The notes: generated from the sequence alone by a model not told the origin. A stretch of 57,465 nt of DNA, filler included, from Acidimicrobiia bacterium (GCA_029210695.1; 3 parts of 3 records of this genome joined end to end with filler, not necessarily neighbours in it), one strand, 5' to 3'; counted from the whole stretch's first letter, positions 17,986 to 28,443 are shown. Made by a program: numbers and translations.

Positions 17986-20310
17986 TCAGCCGGCGGCCGG
18001 CTCCAAGGCGATGTCGAGCACCTCGCCGATGTTCCCAACGACATGGAACGTCATCTCGGTGCGAATCACCTCGGGCACATCATCGAGGTCGACCTCGTTG
18101 CGCAGTGGCACGATCACGTCGGTCAGACCGGCACGATGCGCAGCCAGGACCTTCTGCTTGACCCCGCCGATTGGAAGCACCTTGCCCTGGAGCGTCACCT
18201 CGCCGGTCATACCAACGTTGTGTCGCACCTTGCGACCGGTCAACAGCGAAACCAGGGCCGTCGTCATCGTGATACCGGCGGACGGACCATCCTTGGGAAC
18301 CGCCCCCGCCGGCACATGCACGTGGAACTGCCGCCGGAACGTGTCCGATGACAGTCCGAGTTCGCCGGCATGCGCTTCGACGTACGACAGAGCAATTCGG
18401 GCGGACTCCTTCATCACATCACCCAGTTGCCCGGTCAACGTGAGGCGCGGTTCTCCATCCATCGCGGTCGCCTCAATGAACAGCACATCGCCACCGGCAC
18501 CGGTAACGGCGAGGCCCGTGGCCACGCCGGGCACATCGGTACGATCGGCGGCCTCGTCATGCCAGACCTTCGGCTTGCCGAGATACTCGATGATCTGAGG
18601 CTCATCGATATCCACCGGGGTTTGCTCACCGGTTTCCGAGCGGACCGCGATCTTGGTTGCCACCTTGCGGGTGAGCTTGCCCAATTGCCGTTCGAGCCCA
18701 CGCACGCCCGCTTCGCGGGTGTAGCGGTCGACGACCAGAGCCAGCGCCGGCTCGGTCACCGAGATCTCTTCGGGCTCGAGGCCCGCCGATCGGATCTGGC
18801 GGGGCAACAGATGGTCGCGAGCGATCTCCACCTTCTCAGTTTCCGTGTAGCCATCCAGATGGATCACCTCGGTCCTGTCCAGCAACGGCGCCGGAATCGT
18901 TTCGAGAACGTTGGCAGTTGCGATGAACAGCACATCGGACAGGTCCAAATCGACTTCCAGATAGGTATCACGGAACGTGTGGTTCTGAGCCGGGTCGAGG
19001 ACTTCGAGCAGCGCAGAAGAAGGATCTCCCCGCCAGTCGGCGCCCACCTTGTCCATCTCGTCGAGTAAGAACACCGGATTCATCGTGGTGGCCTCGATCA
19101 ACGCCCTGGCCACCCGTCCCGGGCGGGCTCCGACGTACGTACGGCGATGGCCGCGGATTTCTGCCTCGTCGCGAACGCCTCCGAGCGCCACCCGAATGAA
19201 CTTCCGTCCCAGGGCTCTGGCGACAGATTCGCCCAGTGAGGTCTTCCCCACTCCGGGGGGTCCGACCAGCAGCAGAATGGCGCCATCTTGCCTTCCCGGT
19301 GCATGTTCGAGACCTCTCTCCCGCCGCAACTTGCGAACGGCCAGATGCTCAACAATGCGCTCCTTCACGTCGTGAAGTCCGGTGTGGTCGGCATCGAGGA
19401 CTGTCCACGCTTCCTCCAGGTCGAGGCGATCCTCGGACCGGGTGCCCCACGGCACATCGAACATCGTGTCGAGCCAGGTCCGGATCCAGGAATGCTCCGG
19501 GGATTGCTCGCTCATGCGCTCCAGGCGATCGATCTCCCGTTCGATCGATTCATGGACGCTTTCCGGTAGTTCTCGCTCGTCGAGCTTTTCGCGATACTGC
19601 GACGTGAGATCGGTGTCGTCGCCGAGTTCCTTCTTGATCGCCTCCAGTTGCTGGCGCAAGAGGTACTCCCGCTGACCCTTGTCGATCCGCTCGGCCGCCT
19701 CGTCCCGAACCTTCTTGCGCAGTTCGAACTCGGCGAGGGTCTCTCGCATCCAGTCGAGGACCTTGCCGATCCGCTGCCGGACGTCCAGCGTCTCGAGGAG
19801 ATCGACCTTTTGTTCCAACGTGAGGTCCGGCGAGTAGACGGCGATGTCGGCCAGGCGACTCGGCGTGTCGACATCGAGAACCCGTTCGGCCATCCGCCCG
19901 ACCCCGCGATGATCCATGACTGCGGTGAGCACGGCGCGGTACTCCTCAACGAGCGCGTCGAGTTCTTCATCGATGATCTCCGTCTCCGGATACTCCTCAG
20001 CCTCAACCCACAGTGCCCCCTTCTGATCGGTCGAGCCACCGCCCACCCGGGCGCGTGCAACGCCTTCGACCACGATGTTGCCTTCACCGTCGTCGTTGTG
20101 GATTTCGGCGATGGTTCCAACCGAGGCGTAGCGACCCTCGATCCGTGGGACGAGCAGCATGCGCCCGTCGGCCGCCGAGGCGGCTTCGAGCGCGGTGCGG
20201 CCCTCGGTGGTCTCTATCCGGAGGGTGACGACCATGTGTGGAAAAACGACACCGTTCCTCAATGGCAGCACCGGCAGTGTCGTATGCGTCGTGTTCTGCA
20301 TGGAATCCAT
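17986..20310 (-). CDS. lon: ATP-dependent protease La
   Basis: LPLRNGVVFP, GPPGVGKTS, RGHRRTY and PKDGPSAG motifs. Start could be 20310 or 20301. Confidence 0.96.
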   Translation of the reverse strand: MDSMQNTTHTTLPVLPLRNGVVFPHMVVTLRIETTEGRTALEAASAADGRMLLVPRIEGRYASVGTIAEIHNDDGEGNIVVEGVARARVGGGSTDQKGALWVEAEEYPETEIIDEELDALVEEYRAVLTAVMDHRGVGRMAERVLDVDTPSRLADIAVYSPDLTLEQKVDLLETLDVRQRIGKVLDWMRETLAEFELRKKVRDEAAERIDKGQREYLLRQQLEAIKKELGDDTDLTSQYREKLDERELPESVHESIEREIDRLERMSEQSPEHSWIRTWLDTMFDVPWGTRSEDRLDLEEAWTVLDADHTGLHDVKERIVEHLAVRKLRRERGLEHAPGRQDGAILLLVGPPGVGKTSLGESVARALGRKFIRVALGGVRDEAEIRGHRRTYVGARPGRVARALIEATTMNPVFLLDEMDKVGADWRGDPSSALLEVLDPAQNHTFRDTYLEVDLDLSDVLFIATANVLETIPAPLLDRTEVIHLDGYTETEKVEIARDHLLPRQIRSAGLEPEEISVTEPALALVVDRYTREAGVRGLERQLGKLTRKVATKIAVRSETGEQTPVDIDEPQIIEYLGKPKVWHDEAADRTDVPGVATGLAVTGAGGDVLFIEATAMDGEPRLTLTGQLGDVMKESARIALSYVEAHAGELGLSSDTFRRQFHVHVPAGAVPKDGPSAGITMTTALVSLLTGRKVRHNVGMTGEVTLQGKVLPIGGVKQKVLAAHRAGLTDVIVPLRNEVDLDDVPEVIRTEMTFHVVGNIGEVLDIALEPAAG

Positions 20311-20472
20311 CCTTGAAGCGATTGAAGGGTCAAACAAGTGCTGAGGTGAGTGTATTCCGTTTGGGAAACAATCTTATAAAGGATGACTCAGATAACACCA
20401 GCCCCTATGGCGCATATCTGCTCCTGGCGCCGACCGCTAATCTCCGAGCGTACCCACAGGAGGCGAATACCA

Positions 20473-20997
20473 ATGCTCCACCAATCAGACGAGATCTACG
20501 CGGCGGTCCTCGGCCTCCGCACAGTTCGCCGGTTCCTCCCCCAGCCGATCGACGAAGTTGCTCTCATTCGAATCCTCGAGGCGGCGAGGTGGACCGGCAG
20601 CTCGAAGAACCGCCAGTCTTGGTCATTCGTCGTGATCAGGAACCGTGATCAACTCGACACTCTGGCGGAGTGCGGAGATTTCACCGTACCCATCCGTAAC
20701 GCCCCCCTGGTTATCGCCCCGGTCCAGCACCCGGATGGATACGAATGGGATATGGGACGGGTGGCCCAAAATATCATGCTGGCGGCGGCCGCCATCGGAG
20801 TCGGATCGTGCCCCATCACCCTGCACCGCGAGGAGTGCGCCCGGAAGGCCCTCGGTGTGCCGGACGATCACTCCTGCCGGTACGCCGTCGCCCTCGGCTA
20901 CCCGGACCCAGATGCCGAAACGACAGGCCGAGCTGCTTCGCCGATGGGTGGCCGCAAGCCGCTCGACGAACTGGTCCGATACGAACGCTTCACCTAG
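20473..20997 (+). CDS. Nitroreductase family protein
   Basis: RTVRRF, SSKNRQSWSF and QNIMLAA...GVGSC motifs; AGGAGG RBS. Confidence 0.9.
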   Translation: MLHQSDEIYAAVLGLRTVRRFLPQPIDEVALIRILEAARWTGSSKNRQSWSFVVIRNRDQLDTLAECGDFTVPIRNAPLVIAPVQHPDGYEWDMGRVAQNIMLAAAAIGVGSCPITLHREECARKALGVPDDHSCRYAVALGYPDPDAETTGRAASPMGGRKPLDELVRYERFT

Positions 20998-21070
20998 GTG
21001 GCTGCCGAAAAAGTGGCTTTCGGTGAGGTTGGTTGGCGGCGGGCCAGTCGTGGGTGATGCCGGAGACCAT
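20994..21070. mobile_element. IS end (IS1182/IS5-like) at contig edge
   Basis: CTAG (20994-20997) followed by GTGGCTGCCGAAAAAGT (20998-21014), the exact reverse complement of 39446-39462. Confidence 0.65.
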
Positions 21071-21170
21071 NNNNNNNNNNNNNNNNNNNNNNNNNNNNNN
21101 NNNNNNNNNNNNNNTTAATTAATTAANNNNNNNNNNNNNNNNNNNNNNNNNNNNNNNNNNNNNNNNNNNN
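21071..21170. other. Artificial contig linker
   Basis: N44-TTAATTAATTAA-N44, which places stop codons in all six frames. Confidence 0.97.
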
Positions 21171-21757
21171 GTGTGTTCGAGGAGGTCGCCTTTGACGGAG
21201 GTGGCGATGACGGGTCCGTCCCATTCGAGGAGGGCGGGGATGGCGAATCCGGTGGTCTTGCCGGTGCCGGCCGGTCCGATGACAGCGACTGAGTGTTGGG
21301 CTTCGGTGGCGATGAGTCTTCGGTTGACGGTGCCGAGGGTGAGCCGTCCTGGCTGGGGTCGGCGGATCAGGAGGGGTTTGAGGTCTCGGGGTTTGGCCCA
21401 TCGGGCCGATTCGCCGTTTGAGGAGTTCTGATGGCGGTCGTGCCAGCGGTAGCCGAGCGCACCGGCGCCAATCAGAACTGCCACGAGGAAGATGAGGGTG
21501 GCGTAGTAGGGGAGGGGGTCGGGGAGCAGGTCGCCGGCTGCAGGTGGCCATGCCTGGACCGGTTGTCCCGGGTTGACGATGAGCTTCCAGAGAATGAGCG
21601 GGCTCTCCAACAGGGGAACGTGCATCCAGGTGCCGTCCCAGAGGCGGGTGGCGACCTGGCCGGCGGTCCACACCATCAGGCAGGCTGCTATCAGGCCGCC
21701 GGTGATGATGGTGAGGATCTTCTCACCGTCAGGACTGTTCGGCGCCGGGTGGGTCAT
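21171..21757 (-). CDS. Type IV coupling protein VirD4/TraG family (5' part, truncated by contig edge)
   Basis: Two N-terminal TMs, SARWA, Walker A GPAGTGKT and VIATSVKGDL. Confidence 0.88.
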
Positions 21758-22212
21758 CGTTCGATACCCCACCGCCGTGCCGTCCGGTGTCGATTGTGTG
21801 GTTCGGTGATGAGGGTGCGCAGGAGTGGCGTTTGGCAGGCACCACAGCGACAGGCTCGTGGGGTGGGGTGGGTCCAACCGTCGGGCCAGTAGGGGATGGT
21901 GGTGGCACAAGGTGTGCAGAGGGCGTGGCTGCCGAGCAGCGGAATGAGGGTGTATTCACCGGCAACCGGGATCTGACTGTCGCAGAAGTCGCAGATCCAG
22001 AGGCTGTTGTCGTCGGGGACGCTGGTGATGATGACCACCCCGAGTCGTTCCATCTCTCCCCGGAACCCGGCTTCGGCTGCGACTCGGCGCCGGTAGGCCT
22101 CGCGATGGGCGGCGGGCCGGACGACGAACCGCAGATCGTCACGGCACGACTCACACAACCCCTGCGCCGTGAGGAGAGTTTCGGCGTCACAGCTCACACA
22201 TGCGTCGCTCAC
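21754..22212 (-). CDS. Cys-rich hypothetical protein (multiple CxxC)
   Basis: GTG start overlaps the upstream stop and its own stop overlaps the VirD4 ATG. Motifs CVSC, CESC, CDFC, CTPC and CRCGAC. Confidence 0.7.
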   Translation of the reverse strand: MSDACVSCDAETLLTAQGLCESCRDDLRFVVRPAAHREAYRRRVAAEAGFRGEMERLGVVIITSVPDDNSLWICDFCDSQIPVAGEYTLIPLLGSHALCTPCATTIPYWPDGWTHPTPRACRCGACQTPLLRTLITEPHNRHRTARRWGIER

Positions 22213-22526
22213 CTTTCCACCCCCTGGCTGACGGCTCGTTGCCGGTGGGGCCGGTTGACGATCTCGGCGAAGAGGAGAAGTCCCGCTACTCGATCGTCGG
22301 CATCCAGTTGGTCCCACTGGTCGAGGACCATCTGGGCGAACCCGCCGACGGGATGTGAGTTCCCGTTGAGGGCGTGGGCGATGCTCTGTCGCTCGTCGTC
22401 GTCGAGGTGGAGCGAGCCATCGGAAGGGCCATCGTTGGAGGCCGTTAGGGAAGCGAAGGCGGCGGCGATCCGCCGCTTGCTGAGAATCTCGGTCGGGTCG
22501 ATCGGCTGGCGTTGGACGGATGTCAT
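22209..22526 (-). CDS. Hypothetical protein (105 aa)
   Basis: GAAAGGAA RBS before the ATG at 22526; coupled to the next gene. Confidence 0.7.
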   Translation of the reverse strand: MTSVQRQPIDPTEILSKRRIAAAFASLTASNDGPSDGSLHLDDDERQSIAHALNGNSHPVGGFAQMVLDQWDQLDADDRVAGLLLFAEIVNRPHRQRAVSQGVER

Positions 22527-22539
22527 CTGTCGGTTCCTT

Positions 22540-23745
22540 TCAGTGGGTACAGCCGCTGGTAGGTGCGCTGGCGGGGCTGAGCCCGATCCCGTTCCACCAG
22601 GCCTCGAGCGGACCTTGCGGGCAGAGCAGGGCACCGTCGGGGTTCCGGATCTGGAAGTGGAGGTGTGGGCCGCTGGAGTTGCCGGTATTGCCCGACGTCA
22701 TGATCAGATGTCCGGCTGTCACCTCGGTTCCGGGTTCGACGGTCACTTGGGTGCCGTGGCAGTAGGTGTAGCTGTGGTTGTCGAGACCGGCGATGGTGAT
22801 TCCCCAGCCGCACCGACAGGTTGGGCATGGCTCGTAGACGTTGCTGATGGTGCCGGGGTGGGCGGCGTAGACGGGGGTGCCTTCGGGTACGCCGAGGTCA
22901 GAGGCGGGGTAGTCGTGGTGATTCCGGCGGATCTCGTCGACGGTCACTGCGCTGACCGGCAGCGGGAAGGCGTACAGCTCGTCGGCGGTGACCGCGCCTT
23001 GGGTGAACTGAAAGGCTCGGTAGTAGTCGATCCACCTGGTGACGGTGGTGACGTACTCGGCGGAGTTGTTGTAGCGGCGGAGCGCTCGGGCGAGGTCGGT
23101 GGGGTTGGTGTAGTCGCCGGCGCTGGCGATGCAGAGGTGGGCGACGGTGCCGAGGGCGGCGTCGAACACGTTCTGCGGGTCGGCCGTGCCGTCGTTGTTG
23201 CCGTCCCGTCCGAAGGCACGCCACGATCCGGGGAGAAATTGTGCAGGCCCAACCGCACGGTCCCAGGTCGGGTCGCCGTCGAGGAGACCACCGTCTGAGT
23301 CGGGAATGACGGCAGTGCCTGGCTGTGAGCCGTCGAGGGTGACCCCATAGAGGGGCGGGGTCACCTGTCCGTCTGAGCCGACTGTCCGTCCACCGGTCGT
23401 CGCGTGATTGGACTCGACCTTCCAGATGCCGGCGATGACCGGCCAATCGACAACACAGCCGGAGGCGATGCTCGGCGCGTTGGTTTCGGCGGCAACGTAG
23501 GTGGAGAACACCACCGGCGGGATGCCGAGCGCTCCGCTGGCGGCGGCCGCCGGGCTGCCGACCACCATCGCCGCCACCCCGAGCACCATCACGAGGAGGA
23601 GGACGAGGCCCATGGGTGCGGTGACGAGCCCGAGGGTGATGACGATCCGCCACAGCAGCGATCCGTTGTTGTGTTCGGCGAGTTTGTCGGCGAGCTTTCG
23701 CTTGGCGAGATGGGTGGCGGCGCGGGCGACGAGTTGCCAGCTCAC
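22540..23745 (-). CDS. Conjugation cell-wall hydrolase: lytic transglycosylase + M23 peptidase
   Basis: TM segment; VESNH, AVGPAQFLPGSW, DPQNVFDAA and YNNS (SLT-like); HHDYPASD and GPHLHF (M23). Confidence 0.88.
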   Translation of the reverse strand: MSWQLVARAATHLAKRKLADKLAEHNNGSLLWRIVITLGLVTAPMGLVLLLVMVLGVAAMVVGSPAAAASGALGIPPVVFSTYVAAETNAPSIASGCVVDWPVIAGIWKVESNHATTGGRTVGSDGQVTPPLYGVTLDGSQPGTAVIPDSDGGLLDGDPTWDRAVGPAQFLPGSWRAFGRDGNNDGTADPQNVFDAALGTVAHLCIASAGDYTNPTDLARALRRYNNSAEYVTTVTRWIDYYRAFQFTQGAVTADELYAFPLPVSAVTVDEIRRNHHDYPASDLGVPEGTPVYAAHPGTISNVYEPCPTCRCGWGITIAGLDNHSYTYCHGTQVTVEPGTEVTAGHLIMTSGNTGNSSGPHLHFQIRNPDGALLCPQGPLEAWWNGIGLSPASAPTSGCTH

Positions 23746-25238
23746 GCCGAGGTCCTCCGCTGAGCCTGCTGCCAGGCAACCGCCGCCAGGGCGGGCGCCG
23801 GTTGGTGTTTCTTGCGGGGCAAGGCTGGGATGTCGGTCGTGGTTTCGCGGATGGTGTGGGTGACGCCGAGCCCGGTGAGCCCTCCAGCCTGGTAGGGGCG
23901 GACCCAGGTGGCGCCGTGGGATCCGCCGATCCGGTTGCTTTCGAGTCGTTGGAGGGTGGAGTCGGCGAACCGTTGGGAGATGTCGAGGAGTTGGCGACGG
24001 CCGACCGCCATGACGGCCATGAAGAAGATCACCAGCAGGAACCGGGTCCACATGCCGCCAGATACGCCGAGAAGTCCGTTGAGACCGGTTACCAACAGGG
24101 CGAGGAAGACACCCATCACGATCACGAGCGCAACCACCCGCACGAGCGCGGCCACCCAATGCCACAGAAGGGCACGGCCGGCGCCGGGGAACAGCCCGGC
24201 GTAGAGGGCGATGGGCAGGAGAGCGATAAGGAACAGGGCCAGGCCCTTGGCCACTACCAGCGTGAAGGCGGTGACCATGAACAGCGCCAGCGCTGCGGCG
24301 GCGACCACCAGATACAGCAGAGCTCCGACCAGGCGCCCGACCGTGGCGTCGGCGTTGAAACTCGCTTGAGCATCGCATCCGGCGGCTTCCATCAGCTGTC
24401 GGGGGGTGTCATCGAACCCGTGCGGCCCTGAGATCAGTGCCTGGTTGCGGGCGTCCGCGCATGGACCCGCCGGGAGCGGTTGTCCCCAGTTGATGGTGTC
24501 GTAGGGGTCGCGAACGAACCCGGCCATCAACCCCCCGCTCACCCGATCGGATACATTTGCGCCTCGGTCGGTGCCGGCGGCGAGCGAGACGATCTCGGCT
24601 GAGATCCCCCCGGCGGTTTGCATCGCCCCGGTTACCGCGCCACCGAAGCCTGGTCCGGTAGTGACGTGGACGAGCACGGCGAACACGATGAGGGTGAGGG
24701 CGAACTCCCCGGCCCCCGCACCGACCTTGCCTCGCAGGAATTGCCAGCCCATGTAGAGGGCGGACACGACCAGTCCGAGGTGTGACAGTCGCATCGGTCC
24801 CAGCACTCGATCGTCCAACAGGTCGGCGACGGCGGTGGCTGCGTCCGTGAGCGCTCCTTCGATGATGAACCCGGTGGCGGCCTGGAGCAGCCAGATCGCC
24901 AGGGCGACAAGCATTTTGGCGATCGAGAAGACCAGATCGGTGGCGGTGCCGAGCGTGACGCAGCCGATGTCGCCGATGAGCCCGTCGTTGGCGCAGCCGA
25001 TGTCGTAGCGGCCGATTCTGACGATTCCTTGGCTGTTGTCAGTTGGGTAGTCGGTGGGCGGATACAGCTCCTCACCCAGCTCGACGCCGGGGGAGGGCTC
25101 TTCGGTCTGGGCGTGGGCGGGGGGCGCCCAGGCCGCGGTGATGACGAGGGCGGCTAGTGCCAGTACGGCGATCCACCCCCAACCGTCCAATGCCAGCGAT
25201 TGGCGACTGTGCTCCACCGTGTCTTGGTGGTGGCTCAC
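23742..25238 (-). CDS. VirB6/TcpH-like polytopic conjugation membrane protein
   Basis: Many TM helices and a 'PYDTINWG' segment; GTG start overlaps the VirB4 stop. Confidence 0.75.
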   Translation of the reverse strand: MSHHQDTVEHSRQSLALDGWGWIAVLALAALVITAAWAPPAHAQTEEPSPGVELGEELYPPTDYPTDNSQGIVRIGRYDIGCANDGLIGDIGCVTLGTATDLVFSIAKMLVALAIWLLQAATGFIIEGALTDAATAVADLLDDRVLGPMRLSHLGLVVSALYMGWQFLRGKVGAGAGEFALTLIVFAVLVHVTTGPGFGGAVTGAMQTAGGISAEIVSLAAGTDRGANVSDRVSGGLMAGFVRDPYDTINWGQPLPAGPCADARNQALISGPHGFDDTPRQLMEAAGCDAQASFNADATVGRLVGALLYLVVAAAALALFMVTAFTLVVAKGLALFLIALLPIALYAGLFPGAGRALLWHWVAALVRVVALVIVMGVFLALLVTGLNGLLGVSGGMWTRFLLVIFFMAVMAVGRRQLLDISQRFADSTLQRLESNRIGGSHGATWVRPYQAGGLTGLGVTHTIRETTTDIPALPRKKHQPAPALAAVAWQQAQRRTSA

Positions 25239-27742
25239 GGCGCTGTCCCGTCGGCGGTGAGCTTCGAATCGTCTGGCTGGTGGTCGAGGGAGGGCCATGG
25301 TCCGACCGCCACCCGGCTGGCGCCGGGGGTGGTAGAGAAGGCGCTGACAATGTCGGGGTCGTCGGGTGCAGCGATGCGGACCAGCCCAAGACGTCCTGAG
25401 GGGTCCCGCATGAGACACTCGCCGGTCCCGAGCGATGTGATCGTCTCGACGTTGTCGTCACGCCCATCGGAGCCGAGGAAGCGGAGCGCGTCATCAGCGG
25501 TTCCGGGGGACTGGCGGAACACGATCCGGTAGCCCAACAGGGTGTCGACGTCTTCGGTGCCGCTTTCGGCGGTGAGGTCGCCGGGGAGTTGGCTGAATGC
25601 CCACACCGCTGCGAAGTGCTTGCGGCCGTCGCGGATCAGGTCCATCACGAGGGCGTGACCCTGAGCGCTCGCAGTCAGGGCGTGCGCCTCGTCCAGCAGC
25701 AGGGCGGCGAACCGGTCAGAGTGGCGGAAAAGCACCCGGCGGGAAAAGGCGGCGACCAGGTAGAGGATTGCCTGGCCGAGGAGTTCCTCGGGGAGCTGAT
25801 CGTCCCGGGACACGTTGCGGCGGGGGAGGCGGAGGCCGGGGATGTGGAAGCACACGTAGTCGCCGTTGAGGTTGACGGCGGGTCCCGGGTCTCCGAACAC
25901 CAACCGGCCGTAGGAGATCTCTGCGAGCGCCCGCAGCTTGTCGGCCACCTCACGACCCGGTCCGTCGGACGCTTCGAGGTCGTCGACTACATCTCGCAGC
26001 CTGGGGAGTTGACCGGTCTGCGCGGCCCGTTCGAGAGTGTGGTGGGCGGCCCGGTAGCAGAGAGTTCCGGCGACAGATCCCGGTGGAGTCGCGGTGAGGA
26101 GGGTGATGAACCCGACCCCGTAGCGGAGGCGTAGTTCGTCGTTGTCGAACACTGCGAACGGGTCGAGACCCACGGTGGCATCGGCGGAGATCTCCACCAC
26201 CTGGGCGCTGCCTCCCACCATGTCGGCGACCCGACCGTATTCACCCTGCTCGGTGCGGTCGATGGCGACCACTTGGCCGCCCATCGCCACAGTGTTGCGG
26301 GCGAGGGTCTTGGCCAGGAAGCTCTTGCCTGCGCCGAGTTCGCCGATGGCGGCGAGCGATCCCGACCGGTTGAGGTCACGAGGCCCGTGAGCGGGATCCA
26401 GGAAGACGGGACGGGGCACAAGCCCGTCGAGGGAGTACCCGAGAAGCATCCCGCCGGGGTCGCCGACACCCGATCCGGCGAACGGCATCGCCGAGGCCAG
26501 ACCGTCAGGCAGTAGGTCCTGGCCGTACTCGCGAACCACCGGCAGTACCGGCCCTCCGGGGAGCATCGAGGTGAAACATGCCAGCTGAGCGCCGGTGGGC
26601 CGGTAGAAGTTGAACTCGGCGGCCCGAAACGCCGACTCCAAGATCGCGATCCGGTGTTCGAGTTCGGCGAGGTCTCGGTGGGCGACGGCCACGGTGGTCG
26701 TCGCCCGCAACGCTGGGAGCGCCGGATTGGACTCGAGGCGAGCCCGATGCTCGTCGACCGCGTCGGTGGCGGCGGCCAGGGTGGTGGCCGGGCCGGCCGG
26801 GTCACCGCCCGGTTCGGCGAGCTGGCCGACCAGGTTCCGCTTTGCTCGTAGCGCCCGGCGGCGGGCGGCCTGGTTGTCGACCCGTTCGATCCGTATCGCC
26901 CAGTCCACCGGGTAGGGGAGTTGATCGTCCAGATGCCACAGCCACTCCCCGGACCCATACGGGAAGGTCCACGCCGCTGGGGTTTCGCCCAGGCACGAGA
27001 ACGCCTGATGGCCGATCCCGTGGTCGGGGTCTTCGACGGTGAGGTACCGCCAATGCGACGGACGATTCGGATCGGTGCGGCGGCCACCCTCGAAGTAGAC
27101 GGCGTCACGATCCAGTCGAACTACCGACGGACGATCAGCGCTGTTGTCATTCGGGAGGGGCAGGTCGAGGAGCCCTCGGAGCACGGCTCGCTCATACAGC
27201 CAGCGCACCTGGCCGGCGTCGAGGGGTCGGAGACGGAGATGCTGTGACAGCTGGTCTGCCAGCGAACTCGCCTGTCCCATCGCCACAGCAACTCGACGCT
27301 GCCCCACAACCGATGGAGGTGTCCCGAAGGCAAATCCCAGCTCCGAGGCCGCCGCCCGGAGCCGGTCCACCATGCGGCGCCCGCTGCTCGTGTCAGGGAG
27401 TTGGACGGCGAGGAACCAGCGGCGCTCAGACATCGACTCCGAAGCCAGCCGATTCGCCGCGCGTCGCGCAGTACCCGCCCAGCCAGGCGATCGCCCGTGG
27501 TCCTCGCCACGGATCCGCTGCTCGAGTTCGTCCCGTGAGAGCCTGCGGGCGATCGACAGGATCAGCGAATGAGTCGGGAGGCCGAGGAGGGCGGAGGTGG
27601 TGCGGGCATGCACCTCCCGGGCATCACGAACCGACCGATGCGGATAGGGGAATGGTTGCACCTCGAAGCACGCCCACACGGCACCGTGTGCACCCCACAC
27701 GAGATGACCGGTGATGCCGCGCACGGGCAGCGGATTACCCAT
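25235..27742 (-). CDS. VirB4-like conjugation ATPase (TcpF/AAA_10)
   Basis: Walker A GELGAGKS, Walker B LLDEAH, RDGRKH, SQLPGD and GECLMRD motifs. Confidence 0.92.
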   Translation of the reverse strand: MGNPLPVRGITGHLVWGAHGAVWACFEVQPFPYPHRSVRDAREVHARTTSALLGLPTHSLILSIARRLSRDELEQRIRGEDHGRSPGWAGTARRAANRLASESMSERRWFLAVQLPDTSSGRRMVDRLRAAASELGFAFGTPPSVVGQRRVAVAMGQASSLADQLSQHLRLRPLDAGQVRWLYERAVLRGLLDLPLPNDNSADRPSVVRLDRDAVYFEGGRRTDPNRPSHWRYLTVEDPDHGIGHQAFSCLGETPAAWTFPYGSGEWLWHLDDQLPYPVDWAIRIERVDNQAARRRALRAKRNLVGQLAEPGGDPAGPATTLAAATDAVDEHRARLESNPALPALRATTTVAVAHRDLAELEHRIAILESAFRAAEFNFYRPTGAQLACFTSMLPGGPVLPVVREYGQDLLPDGLASAMPFAGSGVGDPGGMLLGYSLDGLVPRPVFLDPAHGPRDLNRSGSLAAIGELGAGKSFLAKTLARNTVAMGGQVVAIDRTEQGEYGRVADMVGGSAQVVEISADATVGLDPFAVFDNDELRLRYGVGFITLLTATPPGSVAGTLCYRAAHHTLERAAQTGQLPRLRDVVDDLEASDGPGREVADKLRALAEISYGRLVFGDPGPAVNLNGDYVCFHIPGLRLPRRNVSRDDQLPEELLGQAILYLVAAFSRRVLFRHSDRFAALLLDEAHALTASAQGHALVMDLIRDGRKHFAAVWAFSQLPGDLTAESGTEDVDTLLGYRIVFRQSPGTADDALRFLGSDGRDDNVETITSLGTGECLMRDPSGRLGLVRIAAPDDPDIVSAFSTTPGASRVAVGPWPSLDHQPDDSKLTADGTAP

Positions 27743-28166
27743 CCGCCCGCCTCCTCAGACTCATCGGGGCCGACACGATCACTATGCCGATGTGGTTGCC
27801 TCGGGTCGGCCGTGGTTGCGTGACGGGTGTGCCGTTGCGGACTCCGTGTCTGCATCCAGGCGACAGGATCACGTTGGCGAGACCAGCGGCGACCAGGAAG
27901 GGGGAGCGGCCTTCGATTCGCCAATGCCTGACCGCCCACCCCGACCCCGCTATCAGCAGCGTGAAGAAGGCCAGGTTTCCGACCGCTCCCATGTGCGCCC
28001 ACACCGGTCGTGTCGCCAACAGCAGCCCGCTCATCCCTGCGACCGCCCCCAGTTGAGAGGCCGAAAGGGCCCACGGGAGTCGCCATCCGGCAACGTGTCC
28101 GATGATCACCGGGTGACGGAGGGCCTGTGTGTACGAGTGGTAGACGTCGACGTCCATCGCCCGCAC
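27735..28166 (-). CDS. TcpE/VirB3-like conjugation membrane protein
   Basis: YTQALRHPVIIG..GWRLP, two TMs and IEGRSP; immediately upstream of VirB4. Confidence 0.75.
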   Translation of the reverse strand: MRAMDVDVYHSYTQALRHPVIIGHVAGWRLPWALSASQLGAVAGMSGLLLATRPVWAHMGAVGNLAFFTLLIAGSGWAVRHWRIEGRSPFLVAAGLANVILSPGCRHGVRNGTPVTQPRPTRGNHIGIVIVSAPMSLRRRADG

Positions 28167-28430
28167 CTACAGCGACCCATCGGCCGATACGAAAATCGTG
28201 TGGGCGGGCGGGGCGAGGGCGCCGACGTCTTCGGCTACCTTGTTCTGTAGCCAGTCGGTGGCGTTTATGGCGAACAGGACGATGGCGGCCAGGATGATCA
28301 CTCCGATCACGGCCGACACGGTCCGCTTCACCAGCCACGACCACAAGATCATTCCGATGGCGATCAACACCGCCGCCCCGATCGCCAGGTTGGTCAAGTT
28401 CCCGACCACGGTTTCTGCTGTCTGGATCAT
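28167..28430 (-). CDS. Small two-TM conjugation protein (pilin/TcpD-like)
   Basis: 87 aa with two hydrophobic helices and a GAGG RBS; lies between TcpC and TcpE. Confidence 0.65.
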   Translation of the reverse strand: MIQTAETVVGNLTNLAIGAAVLIAIGMILWSWLVKRTVSAVIGVIILAAIVLFAINATDWLQNKVAEDVGALAPPAHTIFVSADGSL

Positions 28431-28443
28431 TCGAGTCCGCCTC

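Noticed and set aside
20371..20393. HspR (HAIR) operator upstream of lon
   Set aside because: Only one half-site (TGAGT) resembles CTTGAGT-N7-ACTCAAG; the match is too weak to call.
21071..21170. TTAATTAATTAA palindrome inside N runs (also at 39336-39347) as a biological repeat or ICE boundary
   Set aside because: Identical 100-nt six-frame-stop linkers used to concatenate contigs.
21787..23298. 503-aa plus-strand ORF
   Set aside because: Antisense shadow of the coupled minus-strand transfer genes in high-GC DNA; no recognisable motifs.
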